Notes: generated from the letters alone by a model not told the origin. Positions 38,128-52,118 are shown, numbered from the whole stretch's first letter. The stretch is DNA of 63,786 nucleotides, filler included, from Octopus bimaculoides (GCF_001194135.2; 7 parts of 5 records of this genome joined end to end with filler, not necessarily neighbours in it), one strand, 5' to 3'. Translations and numbers: made by a program.

Positions 38128-39077
38128 TCACACCTATATAGGTGATGGTATACATATATATCTATGCGTATGTATATACACATACATACATATGTGTTTG
38201 TGCGTGGGGATATACATATATTCATATATATGTATTTCGTTTTTTGGATTTGGTTTGCAAGATTCTTTATGTGAGTCCGTGTTTCGAAGCATATTCTGTT
38301 GTGTCAGGGGAGAGTCATTCTCTTTCAGTGCGTTAAGATTTAACACACTCACCGGTAAAATTTCCACTCATTTACTTATTTATTTTTCTAAACTTTTCGT
38401 TGCGTCTTGCAGCCTTTACAACAGTTGTTGACTCTGTCCGTTATCCGAGCTGCGTTCTTTTTATTTGTTTGTGCGCATGTATGTGGGTCAGTGTGTGTTT
38501 TGCATACACATGCATGTATGTATGTATGTATGCCTGTAAGTGTGTGTATGCATGTATGTATGTGTGTGTACGTATTATATATGTATGTATGTATGTATGT
38601 ATGTGTGTACGTTTGTATGTATGTATTCCGCATATTCATGTGTTTGTTCGTGGCTGTGTTTTTTTATGTGTGTGTATGTTTGCATGTGCGTGTGTACCTC
38701 TGTCTCCTTGTGTGTGCATGTCTGAGTGTGTTTGTGTGTGTGTATGGGTTTTTGTGACTATGTACTGTCTCTGTATGTATGGATGTGTATCTTCATATGT
38801 GTGGACGTGTGTCTCCATATGTGTCCTTGTGTGAAGTGAAGTGTGTGTGTATATGGTCATGTGTTTCAGTCTTCATTTGCGTATGTGTGTGTGCTTGTCT
38901 GTTCATATTACCTATCCGTCAGTATGTCTATGTTTACTCATATTCATTTGCCTATATAAATGTGCATATATATATACGTATACAAACACACACACATACA
39001 TACATCTACATAACAGCCTACTAACTATTCTACCTGTATATAAGTATAAACTGTTAGTAAAGAAATATGATTATCTA

Positions 39078-40480
39078 CTACTTATATTTCCTATTTAATT
39101 CTGGGGATGTTTCATTTATGAGGACGTACTCCTGTATTTGTCTGAGTATTTGGATCCTTTGGGTGCTTGGATAAAATGCGGATGACCCAGGTTGCTTCTA
39201 TGTTGGTCCTTGGCACGTTGGTAGTGTATGGAGGACTGTTTTTTGTCTTCATACTGTCTCAAATGTTTATTTAGTCTTTCTGTAATGCTCCTAGATGTCT
39301 CTCCTATAATGTCATATTCATGTCTTTACAAGCAACTTCTATGCATCTTATGCTGTAGACTACATATCTAGTTCTACATTTAATGCCAGGGCTAATCCTA
39401 CATACCATGCAGTTATCATTGGTGCATATGGTATTCTCAAAGAGGTATGTCCTACATAGTTGTGATCTGATGGAGTTCCCTGGCTTTTCAACAATCTTAA
39501 TGTTGAGTTTGGTCTCCTTCAGAGTTTTCCTAAGTCTACGGGTTAGTTCGCCATGGGCTGTGGCCTCTACAGATATCACTCCTTGATATTTGTCGGTTTT
39601 ATGCCACGTCTTCACCCTGTTTGCTTTGTCACAAGCTCTTTGTATCCTATTCCAGTTTTCGCAGGTACTATTAGTTTCATTACATATAATGTTATCTAAT
39701 TTCTTTCTAGCATCCCTTTATACTTGAGACCTATCTTTCTGATCTTATCCAGACAATTGCATGCGGTGCATGAAGTTCTGTACATGTTTTTTCGTTTCAT
39801 AGAGTTTGCATAGTGGGGACACGTTGTTCATTATCATAAGTCTGCTATCAGTATGTTAATTTTCATGTTGTGTGACAAAGCTGAGAGCTTGTGAACAACA
39901 GATTTCGAAGCTATGGTTTTCATGTAATAGGAGTGGAGGAGCTTCACACTGTTGTTCACAGACTCTAACCAAAGTTCAGTATCAAGGACGGGATGTCTAT
40001 TGTTGGAGTGCCTAATGAGGTAATCTGTAGTTACCTTGATTCTTTGGTGGATGGAGTTAGCTACTTCCTGGATGCTCTCCATTATGTTCCTCTCAGTTTC
40101 TACATTACCATTAACTATGATATTAATATCATCTACATACCTACTGTAAAGTAGAAGAGCTGTAGACTGTTCTGCTAAGGATTGCTTAAGTTTTCCGTCA
40201 CACTAGGTCATGAAAAAGCCGGCCACATCTCCAGCTACACCGACACTAATGGCTGCACCTTGAAACTGCATGTATATAGCTTTTTGTTGAACTTTACTAT
40301 GTGGTTCTTCAAAGTGGTTCTTACGCTATTGCATGTGCAATCATTCCTTTCACCTGATTGTTGTTTTCAGGGTCTTGGGTGGGTACGGTCCAGCCACGCC
40401 AGCGCTCTGCGGTGCTTTTCTTCACTGCTGAGATGACAGTAGGTGGTTTTTTCTAGTCACTGTTGTAGCTGATATATACA
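39078..40480 (-). mobile_element. Penelope-like retroelement (RT plus C-terminal GIY-YIG), decayed; possibly Naiad-type
   Basis: NHIVKFNKKLYMQFQGAAISVGVAGDVAGFFM, RYVDDINI (YVDD at 40128-40139), C-x4-C-x2-C-x7-C linker, VVYSIRCIEVAC, IGETSRSITERLNKH, and RQIQEYVLINETSPELNRK-stop. Confidence 0.85.
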
Positions 40481-40514
40481 TGTATTCAGATTTCTATTTC
40501 AGCTTACACGTATT

Positions 40515-40672
40515 CTTTTACTTGTTTCAGTTATTTGCCATGCTGGAGCACCATCTTTAGTCTAACAAATCGACCCTAGGACTTATTCTTTCTAAGTCTA
40601 GTGCTCATTCAATCGGTCAATTTTGACGAACTGCTAGGTTACGGGGACGTAAACACACCAACATCGGTTGCG
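40515..40672 (-). mobile_element. SINE family A 3' half (runs into a gap)
   Basis: CTTTTACTTGTTTCAG...GTTACGGGGACGTAAACACACC. Confidence 0.85.
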
Positions 40673-40821
40673 ANNNNNNNNNNNNNNNNNNNNNNNNNNN
40701 NNNNNNNNNNNNNNNNNTTAATTAATTAANNNNNNNNNNNNNNNNNNNNNNNNNNNNNNNNNNNNNNNNNNNNGGTAATAGTGGTAGTGATGGTGATGAT
40801 GATGATGATGATTGCACCAAC

Positions 40822-41355
40822 GCATTACCAGACAGTGGCTCACATGGCCTCTCATCTTAACTGATTGGAAATGTTATCATGAACATTGTTTTGACTTGTT
40901 ATTAAAAGATGGGCTACAGCAAATATTTTGCTTAATACTACAGATTTGCTTGACCAGTTGAGCAAGTCCCTTGGTGGCTGACGATATGTGCATCTCTGAT
41001 CATGAGTAGAAGTAGTAGGGGAGCATCATAGCCATATATTCTGAGAGGAATTCTTTGGGGTTTGAATAATTCACCTTTGGAAACATGGATGTTTTATTCA
41101 ACATCCATAAACAAATTTTATTGAGGGACCATTTGAGCAGGATGGGCTACTCGACCTGAGGAAAATTCTAAACTAGAGTCACCTGCGAGTTCATGCAGTG
41201 TTAATCTTGATATGAGATCACTATGTCGCGCAAATATGGTTGCGATGCATGTGCCTGGTGTAACCTCATTAGACGGGTAGTCATGGTGGGCATATTGGGC
41301 TTCATGTAACTTTGATGGCATGCACTGCTCCCTCACTCAGTAATAATAATAGTAA
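40822..41355 (+). mobile_element. ~520-bp non-coding (TAA)n-tailed retroposon, family D
   Basis: Colinear with the reverse complement of 46451-46930 and 58552-59080. All three end CACTCA(G/TTT/A)+(TAA)n. Confidence 0.8.
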
Positions 41356-41356
41356 T

Positions 41357-41810
41357 GGTTTCTTTATTAACCATAAAGGGTTTACATTAAGAAAGCATTA
41401 TGAACAGTACAGGACAAAATAGAGAATGTGTGTGAGTCTATGTTGTGAGTGTTTTGCGTGTAAACGAAGTTAATATGGAAACAAAATTGAACAATATGTA
41501 ATCCTCAATAGGGAGAGGACCTTCAAGGGCTGCTCGTGGAAAATCCCCATAGAAAACAGCGATACTCAGACCTTTGAAGGAGGTGCCTCTTTCCCTTTCC
41601 TTTCTCCAAATACAGGCATATGTTCAGGGCATGCCCGTTCGCTCGCACCATTCTCGTCACTTTCATCCACTTTTCAGCCAACTGGCTTCTCTCTCAACCC
41701 TTATTTTCCTTTTCAAGTGAAACTTGAAGGAGTTGATAAGGGATTGGCCAAAGAGAAATGTGTTTGTCTTCAACCCCTTCAGTCTCATCCATATACAAAG
41801 ATAAGCGAAA
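41357..41810 (-). mobile_element. L1/Tx1-clade LINE 3' end with 3' UTR
   Basis: VWMRLKGLKTNTFLFGQSLINSFKFHLKRKIRVERE...KWMKVTRMV. The UTR ends AATAAAGAAA. Confidence 0.7.
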
Positions 41811-41815
41811 TTATA

Positions 41816-42020
41816 CGATGGGTTGCTGAAAAATTCCTGGCTTTAAAAGTATCGTGAAAGACCTGGTCAGCAGTCCAACCATCCGAGTTCTTTTATAGGG
41901 CTTAGAAAACTACAGTAAATGTGTGGATCTGAAAGGAAAATATGTTACATAAAATCATAGTCAACTGAACATCTTGTATTTTCTTTTACCAAAAGCCAGG
42001 AACTTTTCAGCAATATCTTG
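41816..42020 (+). mobile_element. mariner-derived MITE with TA TSD
   Basis: TIRs TA|CGATGGGGTTGCTGAAAAATTCCTGGCTTT ... AAAGCCAGGAACTTTTCAGCAATATCTTG|TA. Retains the transposase end KCVDLKGKYVT-stop. Confidence 0.85.
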
Positions 42021-42092
42021 TAGGTTTTCACTGTTCCTTTATTTATTTATATATTTAGCTATTTCTTTATTTTCCTTTATTTTTTCCATCTC

Positions 42093-42230
42093 AGGCGCAG
42101 GCGTGGCTGTGTAGTAACACACTTGCTTACCAACTAGATGATTCCTGGTTCACACTGCGTGGCACCTTCGGTAAGTGTCGTCTACTGTTGCATCGGGTCG
42201 ACCAAAGCATTATGATTGGATTTAGTAGAT
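42093..42230 (+). mobile_element. SINE family A 5' half
   Basis: AGGCGCAGGCGTGGCTGTGTAG...GACCAAAGC. Confidence 0.8.
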
Positions 42231-42234
42231 AATC

Positions 42235-42760
42235 CTTGCCTTCAGCTCATCGTTGGTATTGGAAGGGCTTTTTTTTGTTTTGGTCGCTCGCTCAACTGCA
42301 CCTCACACATGATAATCAAGAGAGTTACAGTCGGTAGAGTTGAGTGGCTATATGTTAGGGGTGATGTGGTCACATAAATTGTCTGAAAGCTATGATTGGG
42401 TTCTATTGCTTGTGTGACACCGGGTCATCCAGAAGCCACCCTCTTGACTAAGAGCAGCACAATCTCCTCCAGACACTTGATGTAGGCCTCCGTAATGAGT
42501 CTGAGGCCGTGTAGGAAGACGGATGGAGGCATAACATTGCCATCAGTAATGATCACTCCAAACACCATGATGTTGACAGGATGTCTGAGATTAAACACTT
42601 TCGGTACAGATCCTCAGATTGCACTGACCTCAGAATTCCACCCAAACACTCTGAAATGTTTGTATTATAGCTTCCAGCGAAAATGCGAAGTAGTATAGTA
42701 TATCATTTCCAAATTTCTGGCAGAGTGAATTGCATCATGGTGTTGTTTTACTCATAGACG
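42235..42760 (-). mobile_element. maT/DD37D-type Tc1-mariner transposase relic
   Basis: RHPVNIMVFGVI.DGNVMPPSVFLHGLRLITEAYIKCLEEIVL...RVASG, with an eroded WPP.SPD.NP.DY region downstream. Confidence 0.7.
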
Positions 42761-42969
42761 GTGCCCAACTAACCCTATTATAGTATTAATCGACAAAATC
42801 AACAACAAACAATGCGCATGCGTAAAAAAAAATTGAAAATATAAAATGATACAATTTACCTATCGGACCCTAGACATATGTATATATATATATATATATG
42901 TGTGCGTGTGTGTGTGTGTATGTGTGTGTGTGTGTGTATGTGTGTGTGTGTGTGTGTGTGTATGTATAC

Positions 42970-44082
42970 ATGTCTTACAAGTCTTATGATGTTATCAGCC
43001 TCATGTATGCAAACTTTATCGAGGGATGCACTTCGACACTTGGTGGTTAAAAGATGTTGCCGAAGGGATATGATGCGACGTTCAACGGTATTTTGGTTCG
43101 ATATTAAGCCTCTGTCGCTTTGTTTTCGTTTTAGGTAGAGGCGGTCTACTACGTCACTGTTTATGTGGAAATTATATGTGTGTTAGTATTTTCCGGGTGT
43201 TCACATCAATTGCTCAGATTTCATCAAGCGTCCAGTCAAGCAGCCCAAATGTTGGTATGAGCACTGGCACTGCAAACACATTGTGGGCCACTGTTTTATT
43301 GAATACAGAGAGTTCTGAGGTCCAACTTTTCTTTATTTGGCTCTAAAATTCTTTAGTGGCACATGTCTTGTTACAGGTGCCACTGTAAGATATATTTCCC
43401 TCCACGCCTAGATACCTGTAACATTCCTCGTCAGATACAGGGGAAGCAATCAAATTATTGATGGAGATGTTACTAGTCTGGTTTATAGTTTTCTCCCTCT
43501 TCACCACCATATAACAACGTTTATCCTGACCAAACTCCAACCCAACATCCTTTGAAAATGTTGTAACGAGGTCAAGGCTCTTTTTCATCTCATGAATATA
43601 CTTTTCCATAAAGTTTCAAGTCATCCACAGAGAAACAGTGTGTAATTTTGGTATTTCTGTTTCTTGTGAACCAGTAAAATATCCTTCAGACTTCCTTAAC
43701 GAGGGCTTTACAGAAAGTATAAACATCGCAGAGAGGCTGTTTCCTTGGAATATGCCTTTGCGATGCTGTATTCTGTTGGTGATAATACAGTCGCTCTTTG
43801 TGTTTAATTACAAGATGGTGGTCCATGATGAAGTCAGGTCAGCTATGGTTTTGACTATTCTCACTGGAAATTTAACAAGTTGAAGGGCTGCTACCATCCC
43901 TGCATGGTGAAGAGTCAATGGCTTTCTTGTAGTCTCGCCACATTGAAACTAGGTTTCTTCTATGCTCTCGCACATCTGACATCACAGTTTTGTTTATTAA
44001 CAATTGCTCGGCACATCCCCAGTTTCCCTTCCTCTCAGCTGCTTGTTCTGATGTAGTGATGTTATTACTTTCATAATGGTCA
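42970..44082 (-). mobile_element. R4/Dong-clade RT fragment, decayed
   Basis: GNWGCAEQLLINKTV..RRNL..W.DYKKA.DS, FSKDVGLEFGQDK, YRYLGV, FAVPVL.PTFG, and NSD..DRLYL.RK..RGL. Bounded by microsatellites at both ends. Confidence 0.85.
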
Positions 44083-44162
44083 TGTATGTATGTATGTACG
44101 AGTGTATGTATGTATCTATGCATGTATGTGTGTGTGTGCATGTATGTATGTATGTGCGTATG

Positions 44163-44193
<31 letters not shown>

Positions 44194-44547
44194 GTGTGTA
44201 TGTAAGTATGCATGTATGTATGTATGTATGTACGTATGTATGCATGCATGCATGCAAGCAAGCAGAAACACATAAGAGCTAAGGAGCCAGTCTCTAGTGT
44301 GTCGCTCATCGTAATAAAATTACCACCCATTTCTCTTTGCCATCTAAACATACGGAATATATTTGGCAATGTCCTAGGCCTGGAGCAAAGTTGGGATGGC
44401 CACGGATAGAATTACTTCGATCATATATTTGAGGGCGCATGTGTTCATTTACACATGTATGTACATCCACATCAATTTTCTGAACATCAGTATCAACATG
44501 TAGATAACATTCTAACGTTATGGTGGCAACATTTCTCCCCCTCTTTT

Positions 44548-44617
<70 letters not shown>

Positions 44618-45173
44618 ACACACTCTCTCTCTCTATCATTAACCTTTCTATCTAGCCTCCTCTCTTACTCTTTCCGTCTTTATAGTTGTCCATGAACGTA
44701 GCCAGTTATCTAGGGGAAAACAAGGCGTTTGTTATCTTTTAATCATGGTCTACAGCGGAGTGCGTTGGTGTATATGTGTGGTGTGTTCACTAGTTGCAGA
44801 AACTGGAAGAAACAGATTCTCAGAGAAAATAGAAGACAGAAGGAGAAGGGTGGGCTTGAAAGAAAGAGAATATTTGTGTGTGTGTAATTACTTTTGTATG
44901 TTTCTGTATGTATGTGTTTTCATTGTTTGTTTTGCTTGTTTGGTGTGTGCCCGTATAGATATGTGTACGCATGTGCACGCGTTTGTCTTCAAGCACGTGC
45001 GTGTTTCTTTTGCTTGTCAATGTCAAGATATTTTAAATAGCTCAATATCATCATCATCATCATCATCATCATCGTCATTAATTTCATTGTCGCCGTCGCC
45101 GTCGCCATCGGCACCCTTACAGAATCACTCCCCGCTGTCACCATCATAATTCAGTGTGGCGTAATTCTGCAAG

Positions 45174-45298
<125 letters not shown>

Positions 45299-45670
45299 CA
45301 ATTACCTAATCGCAATTGCCTCCTACCAGCTACCCCACCCCATCAGTCACGCTGTCCAACATCACATCAGTGTTCTGTACCGAGACGCGTGCCTGTCAGG
45401 TATTGGACTCGTGTTAAGAAGCAGGTGGATAGACAAAATTCATTCAAACCAAGTACGATTTCAAAAAACAACTTTTTTTGTTTTTGTTTTTGTATAGGCA
45501 TAAAAAAAATAGCTATTTCCTGTTTGCGAAACTTCTGCACTCTCCCAACCATTACCGACCACAGCCAAATAGTTTTTTTTTTCTCATCATCATCATCATC
45601 ATCAAAACCAGCAGAAGTAGCAGTAACTATATCACCATTATCATGAGCAAGTCAACAAAAGGTACGCCAA

Positions 45671-45882
45671 GGCGGTGAGCTGGCAGAAACGTGAGCTGTC
45701 GAAATGCTTAGCGGTATTTCGTCTATCTTCATGTTCTGAGTTCAAATTCTGCCGAAGACGACTTTGACTTTCATCCTTTCGAGGTCGATAAATTAAGCAT
45801 CAGTTGCGTACTGGGATCGATCTAATGAACTGGCCCCCTCCCCCAAAATTTCGGGCGTTGTGCCTAGAGTAGAAAAGAATAC
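45671..45882 (+). mobile_element. SINE family C with ~12-bp TSD
   Basis: AAGGTACGCCAA (45659-45670) and AAGGTACACCAA (45883-45894) flank a full copy. Confidence 0.9.
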
Positions 45883-46417
45883 AAGGTACACCAATGTTAT
45901 GATTTAACTGCTAGAAGTAGCGGTAAAATCTCTTCTAAGTTACACAGAAGGACTATAATTGACAGTGTAGACACATTAATCTTGGAAAACAATAATGGTC
46001 TGGTTGGTCATGGCTGCGTGTCTATAATTACACGCCTGTCCGATCAACGTTGAACCGAAGCTAAAACTTAATTGTATTAACATCATTGTTCTTATCATCT
46101 CCATAACCGTCATTGCTATCATCTTTATCATCAACAACGTGAATTATTTCATAATCATCGTTATTGTCGCCGTCGTCATCATTACCGTCACATTATTTCT
46201 TTTATTTATTCGTCACTTTTACGTTTATTCCTACGTGTTTTTGAATCAACATATGCATATTCTTGTTACTTTAGTTCTTTCAAGTCGACTTTGCCTTTCA
46301 TCTTTTCAGGCATCGATGAAAAGAAAAAGTACCAGTTACGCAGTTACGCACTCGTGGTGATGTAATCGAATAGCCCCTCCCCGCAAATTTTCGAGTCTTG
46401 TGCCTACAGTATAAAAG

Positions 46418-46450
<33 letters not shown>

Positions 46451-47272
46451 GAGTGAGAGAGCAGTGCATGCCATCAAAGTGACACTGGGGTAATATATAC
46501 GAAGCCCAGTATACCCATCATGACAACCCGTCTGATAAGGGTACACCAGGCACATGCATCACAACCACATGTGCGCGACATGGTGATCTCATATCAGGAT
46601 AAACAAAGCATGATCTTGCAGGTGGGGCCCAATTAGAACTTTCTTTGGGATCAAAAAATCCCTGAATAAGGTTTATTTAAGATGTTGAACAAAACACCCA
46701 TGTTTCCAGAGGGGAATCATCCAAACTCCAAAGAATTCCTCTCAACACATCGTCATTTACAAAGGGACATGCTCAACTGGTTAAGGTAGAGCAACTGACA
46801 AGCAAATCTGTGGTATTAAGCAGAATATTAGCTGTTGCCCATCTATTATACCAAGACAAAACAATGTACATAATAACACTTCCAATCAGTTAAGATCAGA
46901 AGTCATGAGAGTCAATGCCTAGTACTGCATCAGGGCATTTATTATTGTTTAGGTCAAGTAGCCCATCCCCCTCAAAAGGTCCTTGAAAAACACCCATGTT
47001 TCTAGAGGTGAATTATTCAAGTCTCAAAGAACCCCTATCAACACATGGCTGTGATGCTCCCCATTAATTCTGCTCATGATCAGAGATGCACATATCGTCA
47101 GTCACTAAGGGACATGCTCAAGTGGTTAAGACCAAACAGCTCACAAGCAAATCTGTAGTATTGGGCAGAATATTTGCTTTAACTCTTCTTTTACACCAAG
47201 ACAAAATATATACATAACACTTCCAATCAGTTAAGATTAAAAGCCATGACAGCCACTGCCTGGTACTGCATT
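46451..47272 (-). mobile_element. Family D retroposon (46451-46930) plus a tandem partial copy of its 5' part (46951-47272)
   Basis: Colinear with 40822-41339. (TTA)n at 46417-46450 is its tail. Confidence 0.8.
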
Positions 47273-47289
47273 TCTTTTACTTTTAATCT

Positions 47290-49690
47290 GCATGTTTGTT
47301 ACACTCACTCGCCAAGACACACCCAACGTCTTGAGGAGAGTGAGGGATAAGAGTTATTACAGTTTGACTGAAAGCTTGGGGAGGGGAAGTGGCAGGGACA
47401 GTAGCGAAACATCTTCATGGAATACAACACATTCATTTAAATGGATAAGGATTTTCTAAGGATATGGGCAATACTTGTCAGCACAATCTTTTGGATTTCT
47501 TTGAGACAGGGTCCTCCTGAGATCTTATCTTGATGTTTCTAACACCCCTTTCTTATCATACCTAGGGCACCTACAAAAACAGGAACAGTTCTCGTTTTAA
47601 GATGCCACATCTTTTGTATTTCGATTTCCAGGTCCTTATATTTACTTAATTTGTCAAAGTACTTTATAGATTTTTTTTATTAGTGGTAACACTTACATCT
47701 ATTAGCTTACAAGTATTTTCTTCCCTGTCTTTAATAATTATGTCTAGTCGATTACCTGGATTATTTTGTTGACGGGAAAATCGCAGACGATAGTGACACT
47801 TTTACATTCAACGACTGGTTCCGGGGTTGATGTTCATACCAGCAAGCAGGAGCGCTGATTTTCTAGTGTATACATATTTTCCAATGTAAATACTGTCCTA
47901 CCCCAATCGTGGAGATTTTCATATTGGTTTGCTGTCAGCACAGGGCATCACGAGAAGAGATGGCCTATGTTTCGTCAAAGGTGTCACAGAATCTGCATTT
48001 AGGGTCAGATCCATTTTGAAGAACGTTAGCCTGGTAGTTTTTTGTATGAAAGCTTTGATCTTGTACAACGATATGAAACTCCAGTCTCTGTTTTCAATCC
48101 TGCACTTCGGAAACACTGATGGGTTATTGTTTGGTCTACATCAGCATTTTGACTTCGAAGTATATACTGTCCATGCAACGGCTTCTAGCTCCATCGCTCT
48201 TCCGTTTGTTTCTGCCCGCTCTTTTTGCAAGAGGGCGTGTCTTGGAATATTCTTCCTCTAATGGGGATGGTTTTAGATTTTATGATTCTTCTTTTGTCTG
48301 AAGTTGCAACACTATTTGCCATTTATTCATGGCAAGTTTTATATATTGATATTTTATTATTGTTGGTGCTTCCTTGTTCATGGCTAGTGTTTCCGGAATC
48401 CATGTGTGGGGAAAGACATTTCGATAACCAAGTCATGCTTAGACCCTTTCTTTTTTATTTGGCGGTTTTCAGTCATGGCTTTATTGAATAATAACTGGCC
48501 TTTACAACAGCCATATGAGCCTTTGTAGCATCCCACCTGGTATTCTGGAAACGAGTTGTTCGCCCATTTTTTTCTGCGATATTATTGCAGTTAAGGCTTT
48601 ATAAGTTGTAGCAGACATATTAAGGGGTGGTAGTTTTGCAGTTTCGTCATTTCAGTGTTTTGGAGAATTACGAGTTTTCCCTATTGTTGTCTCTGGCTCT
48701 GCTAGCATCACATTAAATTTTTTGGCCAATATCTTATGAATCCCTGTTAAATATTTTAGCCTGAAATTAGGGATCTTGCCACACCTGAGTACTTTTCAAT
48801 TGCTCAGTTTTTGCAGTGCCTAGGTGACCTCTTCCGCTGTTATAGGTATCCAGAGTTGTTCACGTGCTGTGTTTATTGCTTTGCTTGATCTTTTCTGGGG
48901 TTGTTACTTCGCTACACATAATTCTTTCCAAATTTCTTCCACTTCTTCTCCTGGTGGTGTTGCATTGATCTTTGTTACATTTTACCATGTTCTTGATAGA
49001 ATCGATTTCGATTGGATTTGAACTGTTTGTTTTGTTCAGAGAATCGTTGGCGTTTCTCATATCGACAGATTCTTCGTGCACTGGCGAGGATATTTTGCTT
49101 TAGCTGTTCTTTTTTATGTTCTTTTGTTATTTTGTATTTCAGTAGAACTTTTCTTTCTTGTTTAATAGTGTTGTTTGCCTACTAGTTTCATTGAAGATTG
49201 ACAGATCCTTTCTTTTATTCTCCGTTTTTTTTTCTTTTCTGGATATTATTTATCCACACAGTTTGTTTTTGGTGATGATACTCCTGTTTGGATTGATTTG
49301 AGGGAGTATTCAACTTCTTTTATGGTCACAGAGACTGCTGCATATATCATTTTATTTAACTCGGTCATACTGACATTTGTTTCTGTTGCTGTTTGTTTTC
49401 TGACGGCCAGATTTATATCAGTTATTATTGTTGCTGTCTTATTATCAACTTTAATTTTTTGGAAGATACAATACTGAGTTCTGTGTTTTATAATTCCTAG
49501 ATTAAAAATTCTCATTTTTAGAGTATCATAATCATGGTTCCCACTTTCATTGTTTCCAGTATTCAGGTTTGTTTCTCATTTGCTTCCGTTTATATTTTTG
49601 TCTGTGTTCTGATTTGGTGTATTTTGGTTATCGTTTTGCATTCCTAGTGTTTGGGTTTGTTGTTTCGTAAATTTTTTGTTGTACATGTTA
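47290..49690 (-). mobile_element. R4/Dong-clade non-LTR retrotransposon, internally deleted and decayed
   Basis: N-terminal region, GCYKGSYGC.GQLLFNKA, GSDPKCRFCD knuckle, NRLDIIIKD (RLE), PVFVGALG, and EIQKIVLTSIAHILRKSLSI-stop at ~47437. Confidence 0.8.
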
Positions 49691-50719
49691 CTATTATTAT
49701 TGTTGTTGCCGCTGTTGTTGTTGTAATTGTTATTATTATCCATCTTCTCTGCCAATTTTTTTCTGGGAGCGTTGTGAGAGTAGCGCTCTCAAGCAACTTC
49801 TCTAAAGCGTACTATTAAAAGTAATTGTCGTTACACTTTCCAAGTAAATTCATAAACGTGAGTAACTGAGACTGTAAATATTATCCAACCATCTCACTTG
49901 TTTTGCTCATAGGTCTCCAATTAGTTGGTTCAGTTTGAAGAATGTATCCCACCCTTCTTTTCTACGACTTCCTAGCAATATCGGTAATATCAGAGCTATG
50001 TATTCTCAAAGCGGAGAAGTAGGAGCAGTTCAATAGCTAAGTCAATGTAATTTCTAGAATTTTTAGTTACCTTGTACCCTGTATTTTTATGATCTTGTAT
50101 TATGTCATTATTTGTGACACTTTTGACAATGGGGATACTGAAGGTGTTGGCCAATTTATAATGTACGTATTTGATTCGTTGTACGCTGATAAAATACCAT
50201 AGTATTTTACCTGAAGACGGTGAAATTTGGTACCTAAAAGAATGAAATACAGACATTTTTTTAAGTATTATCTCGGAGAATTTATGTTGGAGCTTTACAG
50301 TTGTATGCTAGACTTATATATAATGATTTTAGTGGTCATTGTCATTTCAACTCTGCGAATTTCGTTTTGTCGAGCTCCAGTGAAATATTGGGTCTATATA
50401 CACTGGATATATAGATCTTATAGTTTGATTACTTCAGTATTTTGTTTTACTTTATCATACTATTCGCTTTTAAATTTAATTTTAGCACCGTTCGCACAGT
50501 TTTATCCTCATCTATTATCAATAACAGGACTACTCCAGTAGACGAATCTGTTTGATGATTCTAGGAAGATGGTTTTTAGAATTCTTTTGTTGCTAAGAAC
50601 TATTTTAAACAAAATAATTCCTTTCCATTACCAAAAAATGTTTCTATTGGATATCTTATCAACTTCTAAATCATTATCAAGAATTGTCCAACCGAATCAT
50701 TGCAAATTGTTTTCATAGA

Positions 50720-50824
50720 TATTCCTCTGAGTGCACCGTTTCTGAGTGCCTCATTTCTTCGCAATATTCCTCTGAGTGCCTCATTTCTTCGCAATATTCC
50801 TCTGAGTACCTCATTTCTCCGCAA
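50720..50824. repeat. 30-bp minisatellite, about 3 copies
   Basis: TCTGAGTGCCTCATTTCTTCGCAATATTCC at 50741, 50771 and 50801 (partial). Confidence 0.9.
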
Positions 50825-52118
50825 GTAGACCTTGTTAGTATTACTTTTAGGACAGTTTAGGTTGTAGTGAGCACGTTCCTAGTTCTACATAATTCTTTTT
50901 ATATAATATAGCTCTGTCTTTGTCCGTTTTAGATATGGTGCAGAGAATTTCATCAAAGGCAAGGATTATTAATTGATTACGCTGATGATATCCCCTCATC
51001 CATTTGGTTTATTTCGAACACTTCCCTTATAATTTTCTTCTATTCTTTGGAGATTTTCTCTCTCATTTCTATTTTAATTACCATATCGTCATAGGTGCAT
51101 GTGTCCTGAGAGATGGTACAGCAGGATGATATATTGACATCATGGTAATATCATACCATACGCACTAATCTTTCGAACTTTCTTCATAATTATAACCTCG
51201 CACTTATTTACTCCAATCAGCAAAGTTATATCATTCTTAAATAATATTACTGATCGTATCAGGGAATTCAGTTATAGTGTAGAGTTTGAGGCCATTTATA
51301 TATACAGCAGGGAATATATTTTCACCTTGGTTTTACAATCTTATAGACAGGCCTGGATTTTCTCAGCATGCTTATCAGAGGGATTAACGCAATGACGACG
51401 AGTAATGGATAGAAAGAATCTCTGAAATATCCTACTGCAAATTTTTATATTGTTTTACTGTTCATTTCTACATTTTTAATTCTATTTCTCACGATTTCAA
51501 TGATTTTTTTTTTTTTTTTTTTTTACAAAACTGCTGATCTTCTCATTGACACCGAGTGACCTCAGGCGCTCTATAGTCTAACAGAGTAGAACATTTTCGT
51601 AGGCGTTTTTGTAGTCCAGTCAACCTACTGCTAATTTTTTCTTCTTTTACACATACCTCACTTAATATCATGCTTTCTATATTCAACATATAAGCAATTT
51701 CCTTTGACTCCTGTCTGTGCCCCTTTTGCTCCTCTGGAACTGGTATGAGACCAGTTGATAATTTACAGAATAATGGTAAGCTTGCTATAAACCAATAATA
51801 ACTAACAACCCATTCTTTTCTTTGTACGTATTACCACTATCTTTCCTCTTGTCAGTATCATGTTGGCGTTCTTTTTTTACTCTATACTGTTTGTAAGAAA
51901 CGACCATGTATGGTGGAGCATGCTCTAGAGATTTTTAAGACAAAATCTCTAGAAACAATTTGGCCCAAGGTCTTCCCAATTCCACATCATTTTAAGCATC
52001 TCTTTTGCGTCCTCATCTGCAATATTTATATCTTCCCCTTTCGTTCAAATTTCGTTTTCACTTTTAATTTCCGTAACGCTACGCTTCCCTGGTATGTTAG
52101 ATTTCTATGCTCCAAATA

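Noticed and set aside
50400-51300. Possible ancient Penelope RT relic on the minus strand
   Set aside because: Only vague motif resemblance (ISKTDKDRAILYKKNYVE) amid many stops, which cannot be supported without an HMM search.
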